Positions 24,763 to 34,122 of a stretch of DNA of 64,000 nt are shown here, piece after piece; the stretch's first letter is position 1, and the number at the start of each line of letters is the position of its first letter. The DNA is from an uncultured delta proteobacterium (lineage in GTDB: Bacteria > Desulfobacterota > WTBG01). The notes under the pieces were generated by a model. That model did no database searches. It saw only the letters and a list, made by a program, of their open reading frames with translations, and was not told the DNA's origin. The stretch lies in contig CAWCBP010000008.1 of assembly GCA_963793865.1 (NCBI GenBank), forward strand, positions 355,182 to 419,181, given 5' to 3'. A program made the position numbers and the translations under genes.

Positions 24763-26027
24763 ATATTGTGGTTGAGCCTTCCCGCCTGCAGGGCAGCATA
24801 GACATACCCTCATCCAAGTCCCACACCATCAGGGCCGTGGTTATCGCCTCGCTTGCCGAAGGAACATCGCGCATAGGAAACCCGCTGGATTCCGGGGATA
24901 CCCGTTCGGCGGTTCAGGGCTGCAGGGCCCTGGGCGCCGGGATTGAAACAGGCGATGAATGGGTGGTGAAGGGGGTTGGGGGACGTCCCCGGCTCACAGT
25001 GCCCCGGATAGACCTGGGGAACTCCGGCACCTCGCTCCGTCTTCTGACCAGCACGGCGGCCCTCCAGGACCGAGAGGCCATTTTTGACGGGGACGCATCG
25101 CTGCGAACCCGGCCGCTGCAGCCGCTGCTGGAAGCGATAAACGCGCTCGGCGGCAGCGCCTGCTCCCTCAACGGCAACGGCTTCTGCCCGGTCAGCGTGA
25201 GGGGAATAATGCGGGGCGGGAGGACCGCGGTGAGCGGCGTGACCTCACAGTTTCTCTCCAGCCTTTTGATCAGCGCGCCCCTCCTGGAAGGGGATACCGA
25301 AATTACAGTTGCCGCGCTCAACGAGAAACCCTACGTGGAGATGACCCTGACCTGGCTGAAGGAACAGGGCATCCGCTATGAGCGGTCCGGCTGGGAATCC
25401 TTTTTTATCAGCGGAGGGCAGCGGTACCGCCCTTTTGACAAGCCGGTGCCGGGTGACTTTTCCTCCGCTGCCTTTCCGCTCTGCGCGGCGGCCATTACCT
25501 CCTCCCGCGTCCTGCTCAAGGGGCTGAGCATGAGCGACACCCAGGGTGACAAGGAAGTGTTCAGCATGCTCTCATCCATGGGGGCATCTGTCCAGGCGAC
25601 AGCGGAAGGCGTTCTGGTCTCCCCGGGAGAGCTGACCGGGACCGAGCTTGACTTAAACAGCACGCCGGACGCGCTTCCCGCCCTGGCAGTGGTGGGGTGC
25701 TGCGCAAAGGGAACGACGGTGCTCAGGAATGTGCCCCAGGCGCGCATTAAAGAGACGGACCGTATCAGGGTGATGGCGACCGAGCTTTCTAAAATGGGGG
25801 CCTCCATCGAGGAGATGGATGACGGGCTGATTATCCGGGAGAGCAGGCTTACCGGAACCAGGGTACGGGGCTATCATGACCACCGGGTGGTCATGGCGCT
25901 TTCCCTCGCCGGCATGGTGGCCGGGGGTGAGACCGAGATTGACACGGCGGAGTCGATCGAGGTTACCTTTCCCGGGTACGTCCAAAAAATGCAGGCGCTG
26001 GGAGCCCGGATACGGGTGGTGACGTAA
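24759..26027 (+). CDS. aroA: 3-phosphoshikimate 1-carboxyvinyltransferase (EPSP synthase)
   Basis: PSSKSHTIR, LGNSGTSLR, SQFLSSLL, GDFSSAAF, RIKETDRI, DHRVVM; ATG 24759 overlaps the aroE stop. Confidence 0.95.
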   Translation: MNIVVEPSRLQGSIDIPSSKSHTIRAVVIASLAEGTSRIGNPLDSGDTRSAVQGCRALGAGIETGDEWVVKGVGGRPRLTVPRIDLGNSGTSLRLLTSTAALQDREAIFDGDASLRTRPLQPLLEAINALGGSACSLNGNGFCPVSVRGIMRGGRTAVSGVTSQFLSSLLISAPLLEGDTEITVAALNEKPYVEMTLTWLKEQGIRYERSGWESFFISGGQRYRPFDKPVPGDFSSAAFPLCAAAITSSRVLLKGLSMSDTQGDKEVFSMLSSMGASVQATAEGVLVSPGELTGTELDLNSTPDALPALAVVGCCAKGTTVLRNVPQARIKETDRIRVMATELSKMGASIEEMDDGLIIRESRLTGTRVRGYHDHRVVMALSLAGMVAGGETEIDTAESIEVTFPGYVQKMQALGARIRVVT

Positions 26028-26075
26028 GCGGAAGAGATGGCTGGAGCGCGTCCCTCCCTGTGATTCTTATTTACA

Positions 26076-26105
26076 TGTAGGGGCGACCGGCCGGTCGCCC
26101 CTACA
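26076..26105. repeat. Perfect 30-bp GTAG-type REP palindrome
   Basis: TGTAGGGGCGACCGG|CCGGTCGCCCCTACA; copies at 46608-46635 (2 mismatches) and 54507-54536 (identical). Confidence 0.85.
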
Positions 26106-26174
26106 GAGACCTCATTTTCGTGTTAAACAATCGAGTTCCTCGGGAATAGCACGCAATCGAGAAACCGGTGCGGT

Positions 26175-26606
26175 ATGGGAAAGAAGGATTTTTATCAAAA
26201 GCTGCGCATACGGTTGAAAGAGTGGGCAGCAGGAGCGGGTAAAGACAGTACGGCACTCAAGTATGTGCTGCTCGCGCCTGACTTTTTTCATTTGCTCTGC
26301 AAAATTCTTCTTGATCCGCGGGTTCCCGGCAAGGAGAAGGCCAAGGTGGGAGGCGCCATTGCCTACTTTATGTCACCCCTTGACGTGGTGCCTGAGGGGC
26401 TGCTCGGCCCTGCCGGTTATGTTGACGATGTCGCTCTTGCCGCATATGTCCTCAACAGCGTATTGGAAAGCGCCGGTCCCGAAGTGCTCCGGGAGCATTG
26501 GGCGGGCGACGGAGATGTGCTTGAGCAGATCAGGAGTGTCATCAAGGCGGCTGACAAGCTGCTCGGGTCAGGCGCCTGGAGTAAGATAAAACGCTTGATC
26601 AAGTGA
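26175..26606 (+). CDS. YkvA/DUF1232 family protein
   Basis: AIAYFMSPLDVVPEGLLGPAGYVDD. Confidence 0.85.
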   Translation: MGKKDFYQKLRIRLKEWAAGAGKDSTALKYVLLAPDFFHLLCKILLDPRVPGKEKAKVGGAIAYFMSPLDVVPEGLLGPAGYVDDVALAAYVLNSVLESAGPEVLREHWAGDGDVLEQIRSVIKAADKLLGSGAWSKIKRLIK

Positions 26607-26612
26607 GAACGG

Positions 26613-27536
26613 GTGAGCATGCGCGGGTTCACATCTTTATTGATACTTTCAGCTGTTTTTCTCCTTCCCCTTTCCTGCGTTCATTTCAGGGAACCCGTTC
26701 ATCTCGATGTCTATCGGGGGGAGCCAATTCCCTTTGAGGAAATGATCGGTTCCCTGGCGCAGGCCCGGCTGATTTACATCGGCGAGATACATACCCTGGA
26801 GCGGCACCACCGCTTTCAGCTGCTGGTCATACAGGCGCTGAGCCAAAGGAACATCCCGCTGGCCGTCGGCCTGGAGATGCTTCCCTTCACCGTGCAATCC
26901 CACCTTGACGCCTGGACTGAAGGCCGTTTGGGCGAGAAGGAATTCCTACAGCTCATCGACTGGAAAACCAACTGGGGCACCGACTTTGGCCTTTACCGGC
27001 CCATCTTTGAGTATGCCCGGAGGAATAAAATTCCCCTCAGGGCGCTCAACGCGCCGCGCGACGCGGTAAAGGAAGTGGCGCGAAAGGGACTTTCGGGTTT
27101 GAGCGAAGAGACGCGCCGGATGCTTCCGCCCGTAACCGTCTCTTCGGAGGAGCATCGCCGCCTTCTGGCCCTGTTTATCGGCAGGCATAAAACCCTGCGC
27201 GCAGATATGCAGGATGCCGCCTATGAAGCCCAGGATGTGTGGGATTCCACCATGGCTCACGGCGTGGTGCAGTACCTGAACAGTAAAGAAGGAGCGGGGA
27301 AAACCATGGTTGTGCTTGCCGGAACGGGACACCTGGCATACGGCTTCGGAATACCGGAACGTGTGGCGCGATCATGCAATCTTCCCTGCCGGATCATCAT
27401 TCCCTCCGACAGCGGTGACCTTGAATATGAAAAGGAATGGGAGCGCTATGTTGAACCGGCTGACCTGACCCATGAAGATTTTCTTTTCCTTGACCGGCCC
27501 ATAGCAAATTTCATTTTTTTAGTGCCCCTGCGTTAA
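26613..27536 (+). CDS. ChaN-family lipoprotein (heme-binding/iron-regulated-like)
   Basis: Lipobox LPLSC; IYIGEIH, VGLEMLP, WDSTMA, LAGTGH. Confidence 0.8.
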   Translation: MSMRGFTSLLILSAVFLLPLSCVHFREPVHLDVYRGEPIPFEEMIGSLAQARLIYIGEIHTLERHHRFQLLVIQALSQRNIPLAVGLEMLPFTVQSHLDAWTEGRLGEKEFLQLIDWKTNWGTDFGLYRPIFEYARRNKIPLRALNAPRDAVKEVARKGLSGLSEETRRMLPPVTVSSEEHRRLLALFIGRHKTLRADMQDAAYEAQDVWDSTMAHGVVQYLNSKEGAGKTMVVLAGTGHLAYGFGIPERVARSCNLPCRIIIPSDSGDLEYEKEWERYVEPADLTHEDFLFLDRPIANFIFLVPLR

Positions 27537-27601
27537 AGGCGGCATACGGTTTTCTTTATCACCATTCTCCGGACGATTGTTTCTCCCCCCGACTACTGCC
27601 C

Positions 27602-28768
27602 ATGGACTTCTTGCACGACCGGCTTGAGGATTTGAAGAGGATGGGCCTGTACCGCTCGCTCAGGGAGGTGGAGGGCCCCCCGGGGGCAACCATCGTCATT
27701 GACGGCAGGAAGCTGCTGCAATTTTCCTCGAACAACTATCTGGGACTGGCGAATCATCCCCGCTTGAAGGCTGCCGCGATGGCTGCCGTGGAGCGATACG
27801 GTGTCGGGTCGGGGGCATCGCGCCTGGTCTGCGGGAACCTGGACCTGAACCGGAAGCTTGAGGAAAAGGTCGCGCAGCTGAAAAAGAAAGAGGCGGCGCT
27901 GCTGTACAGCACCGGCTACATGGCCAATCTGGGCGTCATAGCAGCCCTTGCCGGTGAAGGCGATCTTATCCTGAGTGACGAGTTTAATCACGCCAGCATT
28001 GTCGATGCCTGCCGCTTGAGCAGGGCGCAGACCAGGGTATACCCGCACAAGCGCATGGATGAGCTGGAGAAGCTGCTTGCCGGCGCGGGGAGCAGCAAAA
28101 GGCGGCTCATTGTTACCGACGGGATATTCAGCATGGACGGTGACATAGCGCCGCTTCCCGATCTGGTGGAGCTGGCCGAAAAATATGAGTGCCTGCTGAT
28201 GGTCGATGATGCTCATGCCACCGGGGTGCTGGGGCCTGACGGGGGCGGCACGGGGGACCATTTCGGCCTGGCGGAAAAAATTGATGTCGCCATGGGTACC
28301 TTTGGAAAAGCGCTGGGCGGCTTCGGGGCTTTTGTGGCCGGAGACAGAAACTTGAGGGAGTTGCTCATTAACTGCTCACGTCCCTTCATGTTCACCACCG
28401 GGCTTCCTCCGTCAGTGCTTGCGACCGGCATTGCCGCCCTAGAGCTGGTGGAGGAAGAGCCGGAGCTTCGGGCTCGCCTGAGGGACAACGCAAACTTTCT
28501 CAGAAACGGGATTGAAGAGCTGGGCTTCAAGGTGGCCGGCAGTGAAACCCAGATTATTCCCCTTCCGGTGGGAGATGCCTCCCCGGCCATGGAAATGAGT
28601 TCCCTCCTTCTGGAAGAGGGCTTGTTCATCCAGGGAATCAGGCCTCCTTCCGTCCCGCCGGGCACTTCCCGGCTGCGCATAACCGTCACGGCGGTCCATA
28701 CCCGGGGTGAGCTGGCCTTTGCGCTGGAGGCGCTTCAGAAGGTGGGGAGACGGGTGGGGATTATTTGA
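27602..28768 (+). CDS. bioF: 8-amino-7-oxononanoate synthase
   Basis: SNNYLGL, GSGASRL, NHASIVD, DGIFSMDG, DDAHA, GTFGKALG, IRPPSVP. Confidence 0.95.
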   Translation: MDFLHDRLEDLKRMGLYRSLREVEGPPGATIVIDGRKLLQFSSNNYLGLANHPRLKAAAMAAVERYGVGSGASRLVCGNLDLNRKLEEKVAQLKKKEAALLYSTGYMANLGVIAALAGEGDLILSDEFNHASIVDACRLSRAQTRVYPHKRMDELEKLLAGAGSSKRRLIVTDGIFSMDGDIAPLPDLVELAEKYECLLMVDDAHATGVLGPDGGGTGDHFGLAEKIDVAMGTFGKALGGFGAFVAGDRNLRELLINCSRPFMFTTGLPPSVLATGIAALELVEEEPELRARLRDNANFLRNGIEELGFKVAGSETQIIPLPVGDASPAMEMSSLLLEEGLFIQGIRPPSVPPGTSRLRITVTAVHTRGELAFALEALQKVGRRVGII

Positions 28769-28793
28769 GAAGTGATGGGGGATGTGCGATGGA

Positions 28794-28972
28794 GGAGGCA
28801 GGAGGCAAGATGCGCGACGCAGGTTGAAATCCAAAATCCAAAGCTCAAAATCCCAAGTAAATCCAAAATTCAAATGACCAAAACAACCCGCGGGCAGGTC
28901 CGTTTTTGAACGTTTTGTCATTTGAACTTTTTCACTTTTCATTTGGGTTTTGTTATTTGAACTTTGTCATTT
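28794..28972. repeat. 7-bp tandem arrays forming an imperfect large inverted repeat between bioF and bioH
   Basis: Left AAATCCA/AAATGAC-type units; right TTTGAAC/GTCATTT units complementary to them. Confidence 0.65.
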
Positions 28973-29046
28973 ATTACTTGGATATGCTCCGTGCTTCGGA
29001 TTTATAAACATTCCTATTATTGCTATAAAGATTAAATTAAACAAAT

Positions 29047-29859
29047 ATGCCCTTTTTTACAACCCCTGATGGCGTGAAAATAAACTACCAGATTGCGGGT
29101 AAGGGTAAACCCCTCCTCTTCCTCCACGGATGGGCCATGTGCTCACGGGTATGGAAATATCAGGTGGATTTCTTCGCCGGGCATTATCAGGTAATCTGCC
29201 CGGACCTGCCCGGTCATGGGGCTTCTGAATGCCCATCCGGGGCATGCGATTTTGCGTCGCTCACCCGTGACATTGCACGGTTCATTGAGGGTCTGGAGCT
29301 GAACCGGGTTACGCTCATTGGATGGTCGATCGGCGCGTCCGTGGCCATATTGCTGGCCGCGTCACATCGGCTGCCGGTCGATTCGCTGGTGCTGGTTGAC
29401 GGCACCCCCAGCTTTATGGCGCGGGATGATTTTCCCCACGGCCTTTCTGCCGCCTCGTTAAGGCGGATGCTCAAGCTGGCAGATGCCGATTTTGGCCGCG
29501 CGCTCCGGGAGTTTCACGGCCTTCTGCTCTCCGAAGAGGATCAGGCGCTGCCCTCCGGAGATGAAATCCGGGAGCTTCTGACGGATGAGCAGTATCTTCC
29601 CCGGCGGGACGCGGCCCGGAGCCTGCTTGCCTCCCTGGCCCGCGAAGACCTGCGGGAGAATCTCGGCAGCATCAACATTCCCTCCTTGCTTACGCACGGA
29701 GATCAGGATACAATCTGCCCGCCCGGGGCTTCCGCGTACATGCAGGAACGCCTTGCCGGGGCGGAGATGATCACCTTTGCCGGCGCGGGGCACGCGCCCT
29801 TTCTCACCCGGGCCGATTTCTTCAACCGCTCGCTTGCGTCCTTTCTTTGCTCATTATGA
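29047..29859 (+). CDS. bioH: Pimeloyl-ACP methyl ester esterase (alpha/beta hydrolase)
   Basis: FLHGW, DLPGHG, GWSIG nucleophile elbow, GHAPF; position in bio operon. Confidence 0.8.
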   Translation: MPFFTTPDGVKINYQIAGKGKPLLFLHGWAMCSRVWKYQVDFFAGHYQVICPDLPGHGASECPSGACDFASLTRDIARFIEGLELNRVTLIGWSIGASVAILLAASHRLPVDSLVLVDGTPSFMARDDFPHGLSAASLRRMLKLADADFGRALREFHGLLLSEEDQALPSGDEIRELLTDEQYLPRRDAARSLLASLAREDLRENLGSINIPSLLTHGDQDTICPPGASAYMQERLAGAEMITFAGAGHAPFLTRADFFNRSLASFLCSL

Positions 29860-30685
29860 TGGACAAGAATAAAATAAAGCGCTCATTCAATGACCACGCT
29901 GCATCCTATGATGGATCGGCCCATCTGCAGCGGCGGGTGGCTGAAGAGCTGGCTGCGCGAATTAAGACTCTCGGACTGTGCCCCTCAGCCGTACTGGATA
30001 TCGGCACGGGGACGGGGTATATCCCGCTCAGCCTGGGTCAGCTGTTCCCCGCGGCATCCATACAGGCCTGTGACCTGGCCCGGGGCATGCTCCTGGTGGC
30101 GCGGAACAAAAGCGACGGCTGTCGCGGCAGCCCATCTCCGGTTTTGTCAATGCCGATGCCGAGTTCCTTCCCTATCGGAGTGGCGCCTTTGACCTGGTGG
30201 TTTCAAATCTTGCCTACCAGTGGCTTGACGATTGGAAGGCTGCGTTTCGGGAGGCTTCCAGAGTGCTGCGTGCAGGGGGCGTCTTCTGCTTTACCACCCT
30301 CGGAAGCAGCACCCTTTTTGAGCTCAGGGATTCCTACCGGCACTCTTTTCATGCGCGGGGAAGCGGGGCTTTGCCCGCCCTTCACGAATTTATCCGGCAT
30401 GATGACCTGCAGCGTATCCTTGAAAGCGAAGCATTCGGGGAGGTGTCGGTGCAGCGCAGGCTGGAAAGGGAGTACCATGCCGATGTCAGGCAGCTTTTAA
30501 TCGGCTTAAAGGCCATCGGCGCGCAGAACGGTTCTAACAACCGGCTCTCCCGCCCGGGCAGGCCGAAGGTGTTCCGGGGGATGATCGAGGTATATGAGAG
30601 CAGGTACCGGGATCCAAAGGGCATTCCGGCCACCTATGAACTTCTTTTCGGTTTCGGGCGGAAAGCGGTGCAGCAGCAGATATGA
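29856..30685 (+). CDS. bioC: Malonyl-ACP O-methyltransferase, split by one frameshift at about 30105-30143
   Basis: 5' frame SFNDHAASYD..LQRRVA..LDIGTGTG..CDLARGML; 3' frame FVNADAEFLP..FDLVVSNLAYQW..LKAIGA..ATYE; joined length about 276 aa. Confidence 0.85.
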
Positions 30686-32079
30686 AAAATGACGAGCAGA
30701 GGTACCGGCAGTCGGAACTGGAAGCATGGGATAAGCGTTATCTGTGGCATCCCTTCACCCAGATGCGGGATTACTGCAACGAGAGCCCGCTTATCATAGA
30801 GCGGGGGGAAGGTTCGTTTCTCTTTGACATCAACGGCAACCGGTACCTGGACGGGGTTTCATCGCTCTGGGTCAACCTGCACGGGCACCGGCGGGAGGAG
30901 ATTGACCGGGCAATCATCAGCCAGGTTCAGCAGGTGTCCCACTCCACGCTGCTTGGCATATCCAATGTTCCCGCCATTGCCCTGGCGAAAAAAATGGCGG
31001 AGATCGCGCCCCCGGGCTTAAGCAGGGTTTTTTATTCGGATGACGGGTCCACGGCGGTTGAAATCGCGCTCAAGATAGCCTTCCAATACTGGCAGCAAAA
31101 AAAGTCCCCGAACCAGCGGAAGAGCAGGTTTATATCACTGGACTATGCCTATCATGGCGATACCCTGGGCGCGGTGAGCGTGGGCGGCATCGACACCTTC
31201 CACCAACTCTACAGGCCGCTGCTCTTCTCCACCTTCCGCATTCCCTCCCCCTACTGTTACCGCTGCAGCCTGGACAGGAGCTATCCCTCCTGCGGCCTGG
31301 AATGTCTGAACCGGGCGGAAGAAGTCATCAGGCAGCACCATGAGGAGGTCGCCGCGCTGATCATCGAGCCCCTGGTCCAGGGCGCGGCAGGCATGATTGT
31401 CGCTCCGCAGGGATATCTGAAAGAGATCCGGCGATTATGCGCCGCATATGATCTGCTGCTCATCGCCGATGAAGTGGCGGTCGGCTTCGGCAGGACGGGC
31501 ACCATGTTTGCCTGTGAGCAGGAAGGGGTGGTCCCGGACCTGCTCTGTGTTGCCAAGGGTATTACCGGGGGATATCTGCCCCTGGCGGCGACGCTTGCCA
31601 CCGAAGCCATATACGAAGCGTTTTTGGGCGAGCACCAAGAGCTTAAGACCTTCTTTCACGGACACTCCTACACCGGCAATCCGCTTGCCTGCAGCGCCGC
31701 TTTGGCCAATCTCTCCATCTTTGAGAGCGATCGAACCCTGGAGACGCTGCAGCCCAAGATCGCCTTTCTGCAGGAGAAGCTGCAGCGGTTTTCCGCGCTG
31801 TCTCACGTGGGCGAGGTGCGGCAGAAGGGATTCATGGCGGGGATTGAACTGGTTGCGGACAGGGAGAGCAAAAGGCCCTTTCCCCCGGAAAGGAAGACAG
31901 GCATACGGGTCATCCAGGAAGCGAGAAAGCGGGGGCTGATCATCAGGCCTCTTGGCGATGTGATTGTCATCATGCCGCCCCTGAGCATTGACCTCGAGCA
32001 CCTTCAAGAGTTGCTGACCATTGTGTTTGACTCCATCGAAAGCGTGACCAACTTGAATCCTCGAACCCCTGACCCCTAA
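30682..32079 (+). CDS. bioA: Adenosylmethionine-8-amino-7-oxononanoate transaminase
   Basis: LWHPFTQM, SLWVNLHG, DDGSTAVEIALK, YHGDT, ADEVAVGFGRTG, KGITGGYLPL, FHGHSYTGN. Confidence 0.95.
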   Translation: MKNDEQRYRQSELEAWDKRYLWHPFTQMRDYCNESPLIIERGEGSFLFDINGNRYLDGVSSLWVNLHGHRREEIDRAIISQVQQVSHSTLLGISNVPAIALAKKMAEIAPPGLSRVFYSDDGSTAVEIALKIAFQYWQQKKSPNQRKSRFISLDYAYHGDTLGAVSVGGIDTFHQLYRPLLFSTFRIPSPYCYRCSLDRSYPSCGLECLNRAEEVIRQHHEEVAALIIEPLVQGAAGMIVAPQGYLKEIRRLCAAYDLLLIADEVAVGFGRTGTMFACEQEGVVPDLLCVAKGITGGYLPLAATLATEAIYEAFLGEHQELKTFFHGHSYTGNPLACSAALANLSIFESDRTLETLQPKIAFLQEKLQRFSALSHVGEVRQKGFMAGIELVADRESKRPFPPERKTGIRVIQEARKRGLIIRPLGDVIVIMPPLSIDLEHLQELLTIVFDSIESVTNLNPRTPDP

Positions 32080-32120
32080 ACATGCAATCGTAACCCGATA
32101 GCAGCTTAAGAGGTGCATCC

Positions 32121-32837
32121 GTGTCGCAGGGTGTCTTTATTACGGGAACGGATACGGGAGTGGGAAAGACCCTCATCGCCGGGGCACTGGCTGCCTGCTA
32201 CCGTAAAGGCGGAGTTCGCGCCGGTGTCATGAAGCCGGTGGAAAGCGGATGCAGGCGGCTGGAAGACGGCCTGCATCCTGACGACGCGCTCTTTTTAAAA
32301 AAGATGGCCGCATCGGCTGACGCCCTGGATGATATTGTTCCCTACCGGCTGGAGCAGCCGCTCACTCCGAGCGTGGCCGCGGCGCTTGCCGGCGTTACCA
32401 TTGATCTTGAAGTGATCAACCGCTCCTACCGCCGCATTGCGGGAAGAAACGACATCGTGCTGGTGGAGGGTGCGGGCGGATTGCTGGCGCCGATTTTCCA
32501 GCGTCTGACCGCTGTGGATTTGATACGGCTGCTGCGGACACCCCTGATTATTGTGGCGCGCAACGCCCTCGGCACCATCAATCACACCCTGCTGACGGTT
32601 GAGCACGCGCGCAGAAGCGGGCTTGACGTGCTCGGCATCATCGTGAATCAATGCAGCCCCTCCCCGGACCTCTCCGCCGAAACCAATCCCGGCATTATAG
32701 AACGGCTGTCGGGGCTTCCGCTGCTGGGTGTGCTGCCGTATCTTCCGGCATCCGTCCGGGAGGACCCGTCGCTCCTTGCGGAGGTAGTCAGCCGGGAGGT
32801 GCGCATGGAACTGTTGGGGTTTGGGAAGAGGGGATGA
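32121..32837 (+). CDS. bioD: Dethiobiotin synthase
   Basis: TGTDTGVGKT, MKPVESG, VEGAGG, LGTINH. Confidence 0.95.
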   Translation: MSQGVFITGTDTGVGKTLIAGALAACYRKGGVRAGVMKPVESGCRRLEDGLHPDDALFLKKMAASADALDDIVPYRLEQPLTPSVAAALAGVTIDLEVINRSYRRIAGRNDIVLVEGAGGLLAPIFQRLTAVDLIRLLRTPLIIVARNALGTINHTLLTVEHARRSGLDVLGIIVNQCSPSPDLSAETNPGIIERLSGLPLLGVLPYLPASVREDPSLLAEVVSREVRMELLGFGKRG

Positions 32838-32878
32838 CAAAAACTCTCCGCATCATGATGTGAGAACAAATAATGGAG

Positions 32879-32943
32879 ATGGAGGGACGCGCTCCATCGC
32901 GTCCGCATTCACTGCACGGCCACAACGGAGTGTGGCCCTCCAT
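32879..32943. repeat. GGAGGG..CCCTCC two-hairpin REP-like element
   Basis: Reverse complement of the copies at 46525-46589 and 54376-54438. Confidence 0.75.
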
Positions 32944-33018
32944 TATTAACCTGTCATTTCGAAGGAGCAGGCGCGACTGAGAAATCTTGCACGTGAATTG
33001 TACTGTAGGGCGAAGCAG

Positions 33019-33510
33019 ATGGTTTTAAAAAGGATGGTATTAATCTCGGTTATGTTGGCCTGCGGATTGGCTATCGCGGATGCGGTACCGGTTTTCGGAG
33101 AGCAGATGGCTGACAGGTCACCTTTGAAGGGTGATCAGGTGATGCCGGCTCATGACCTCTTTGACCGCGTCATCGAGATGGCCGGGGGTGCCGCCAATGA
33201 GGATGAGCTCCGGCAATGGATGGAAAATGACCCCCCGGTTCAGGAGGCCGGCATCAACCCCGACTCTGATCTCATGATCAGCGGCGTTTACACCGGGGAC
33301 TGCTACCTGACCCCGCTCATCTGCCTCTTCGAGACCGTTACGCCTGATTTGAGCTGCGTGTATAACTGCATCGGGATGCGGGGCTCCGGCGAGGTGATCC
33401 GCCGGAACGCGGAGGAGTGTGATTTTATGGCGGGCTGCATATTGTTCGAGAACTGCCTGACGCTGTGCATGACCATTATACCGCATGATTTTCCCTCAGT
33501 TATCCGGTAA
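33019..33510 (+). CDS. Secreted hypothetical protein with 8-Cys C-terminal domain
   Basis: Signal MVLKRMVLISVMLACGLAIADA; Cys spacing C-x6-C-x10-C-x3-C-x16-C-x5-C-x5-C-x3-C. Confidence 0.55.
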   Translation: MVLKRMVLISVMLACGLAIADAVPVFGEQMADRSPLKGDQVMPAHDLFDRVIEMAGGAANEDELRQWMENDPPVQEAGINPDSDLMISGVYTGDCYLTPLICLFETVTPDLSCVYNCIGMRGSGEVIRRNAEECDFMAGCILFENCLTLCMTIIPHDFPSVIR

Positions 33511-33686
33511 GGTGCCTCGGGGAGATAATCAGCTTGCCGTACTGATGGGGTCCTGATATGGTAAGGATAATCGCAGCGGATGGAAAGCATAAAGAGGAAG
33601 ATGCGGAATTGGTTTGTGGAATTGCAGGCGACGATTTAAAAAGCGGCAGAACAGCAAACCGGGGTATATGAGGAGGTGATGGCAAT

Positions 33687-34058
33687 ATGAAGGCAGCAAC
33701 GATTGTCCTTTTACTGCTCATTCCGGTGGTGGCAGTTGCCCAGAATTTTCCGGGCATGAGCGAGGCAGACATGCAGAAGATGGAGCAGATGCAGTCGTGC
33801 ATGGAAAAGATTGATGAGGCGAAATTAAAAGCAATTGAGCAACGCTCATCTCAGATCGAAGCGGAGATAAAATCCCTGTGCGCCGGCGGCAAGAGGGCCG
33901 AGGCGCAGGCAAAGGCGGAGGCGTTCGGCAAGGAAATGGCGAAGGACCCCACCATGCAGGCCATGAGCAAGTGCGGCGAGATGATGAAAGGAATGATGCC
34001 CAAAGTGCCTTATGTGGACCAGGGGAAGGGATCTTCCGGTCGTCATGTGTGTGATTGA
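33687..34058 (+). CDS. Secreted helical Met-rich hypothetical protein
   Basis: GGAGG RBS upstream; signal ending AVA; 4 Cys; helical composition. Confidence 0.7.
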   Translation: MKAATIVLLLLIPVVAVAQNFPGMSEADMQKMEQMQSCMEKIDEAKLKAIEQRSSQIEAEIKSLCAGGKRAEAQAKAEAFGKEMAKDPTMQAMSKCGEMMKGMMPKVPYVDQGKGSSGRHVCD

Positions 34059-34122
34059 TTGCAGGGGAGAGCTGCTCAAACCGGCGGCCGCAATGACCAC
34101 GGGGTGAAAAGCAAACAGGTCA

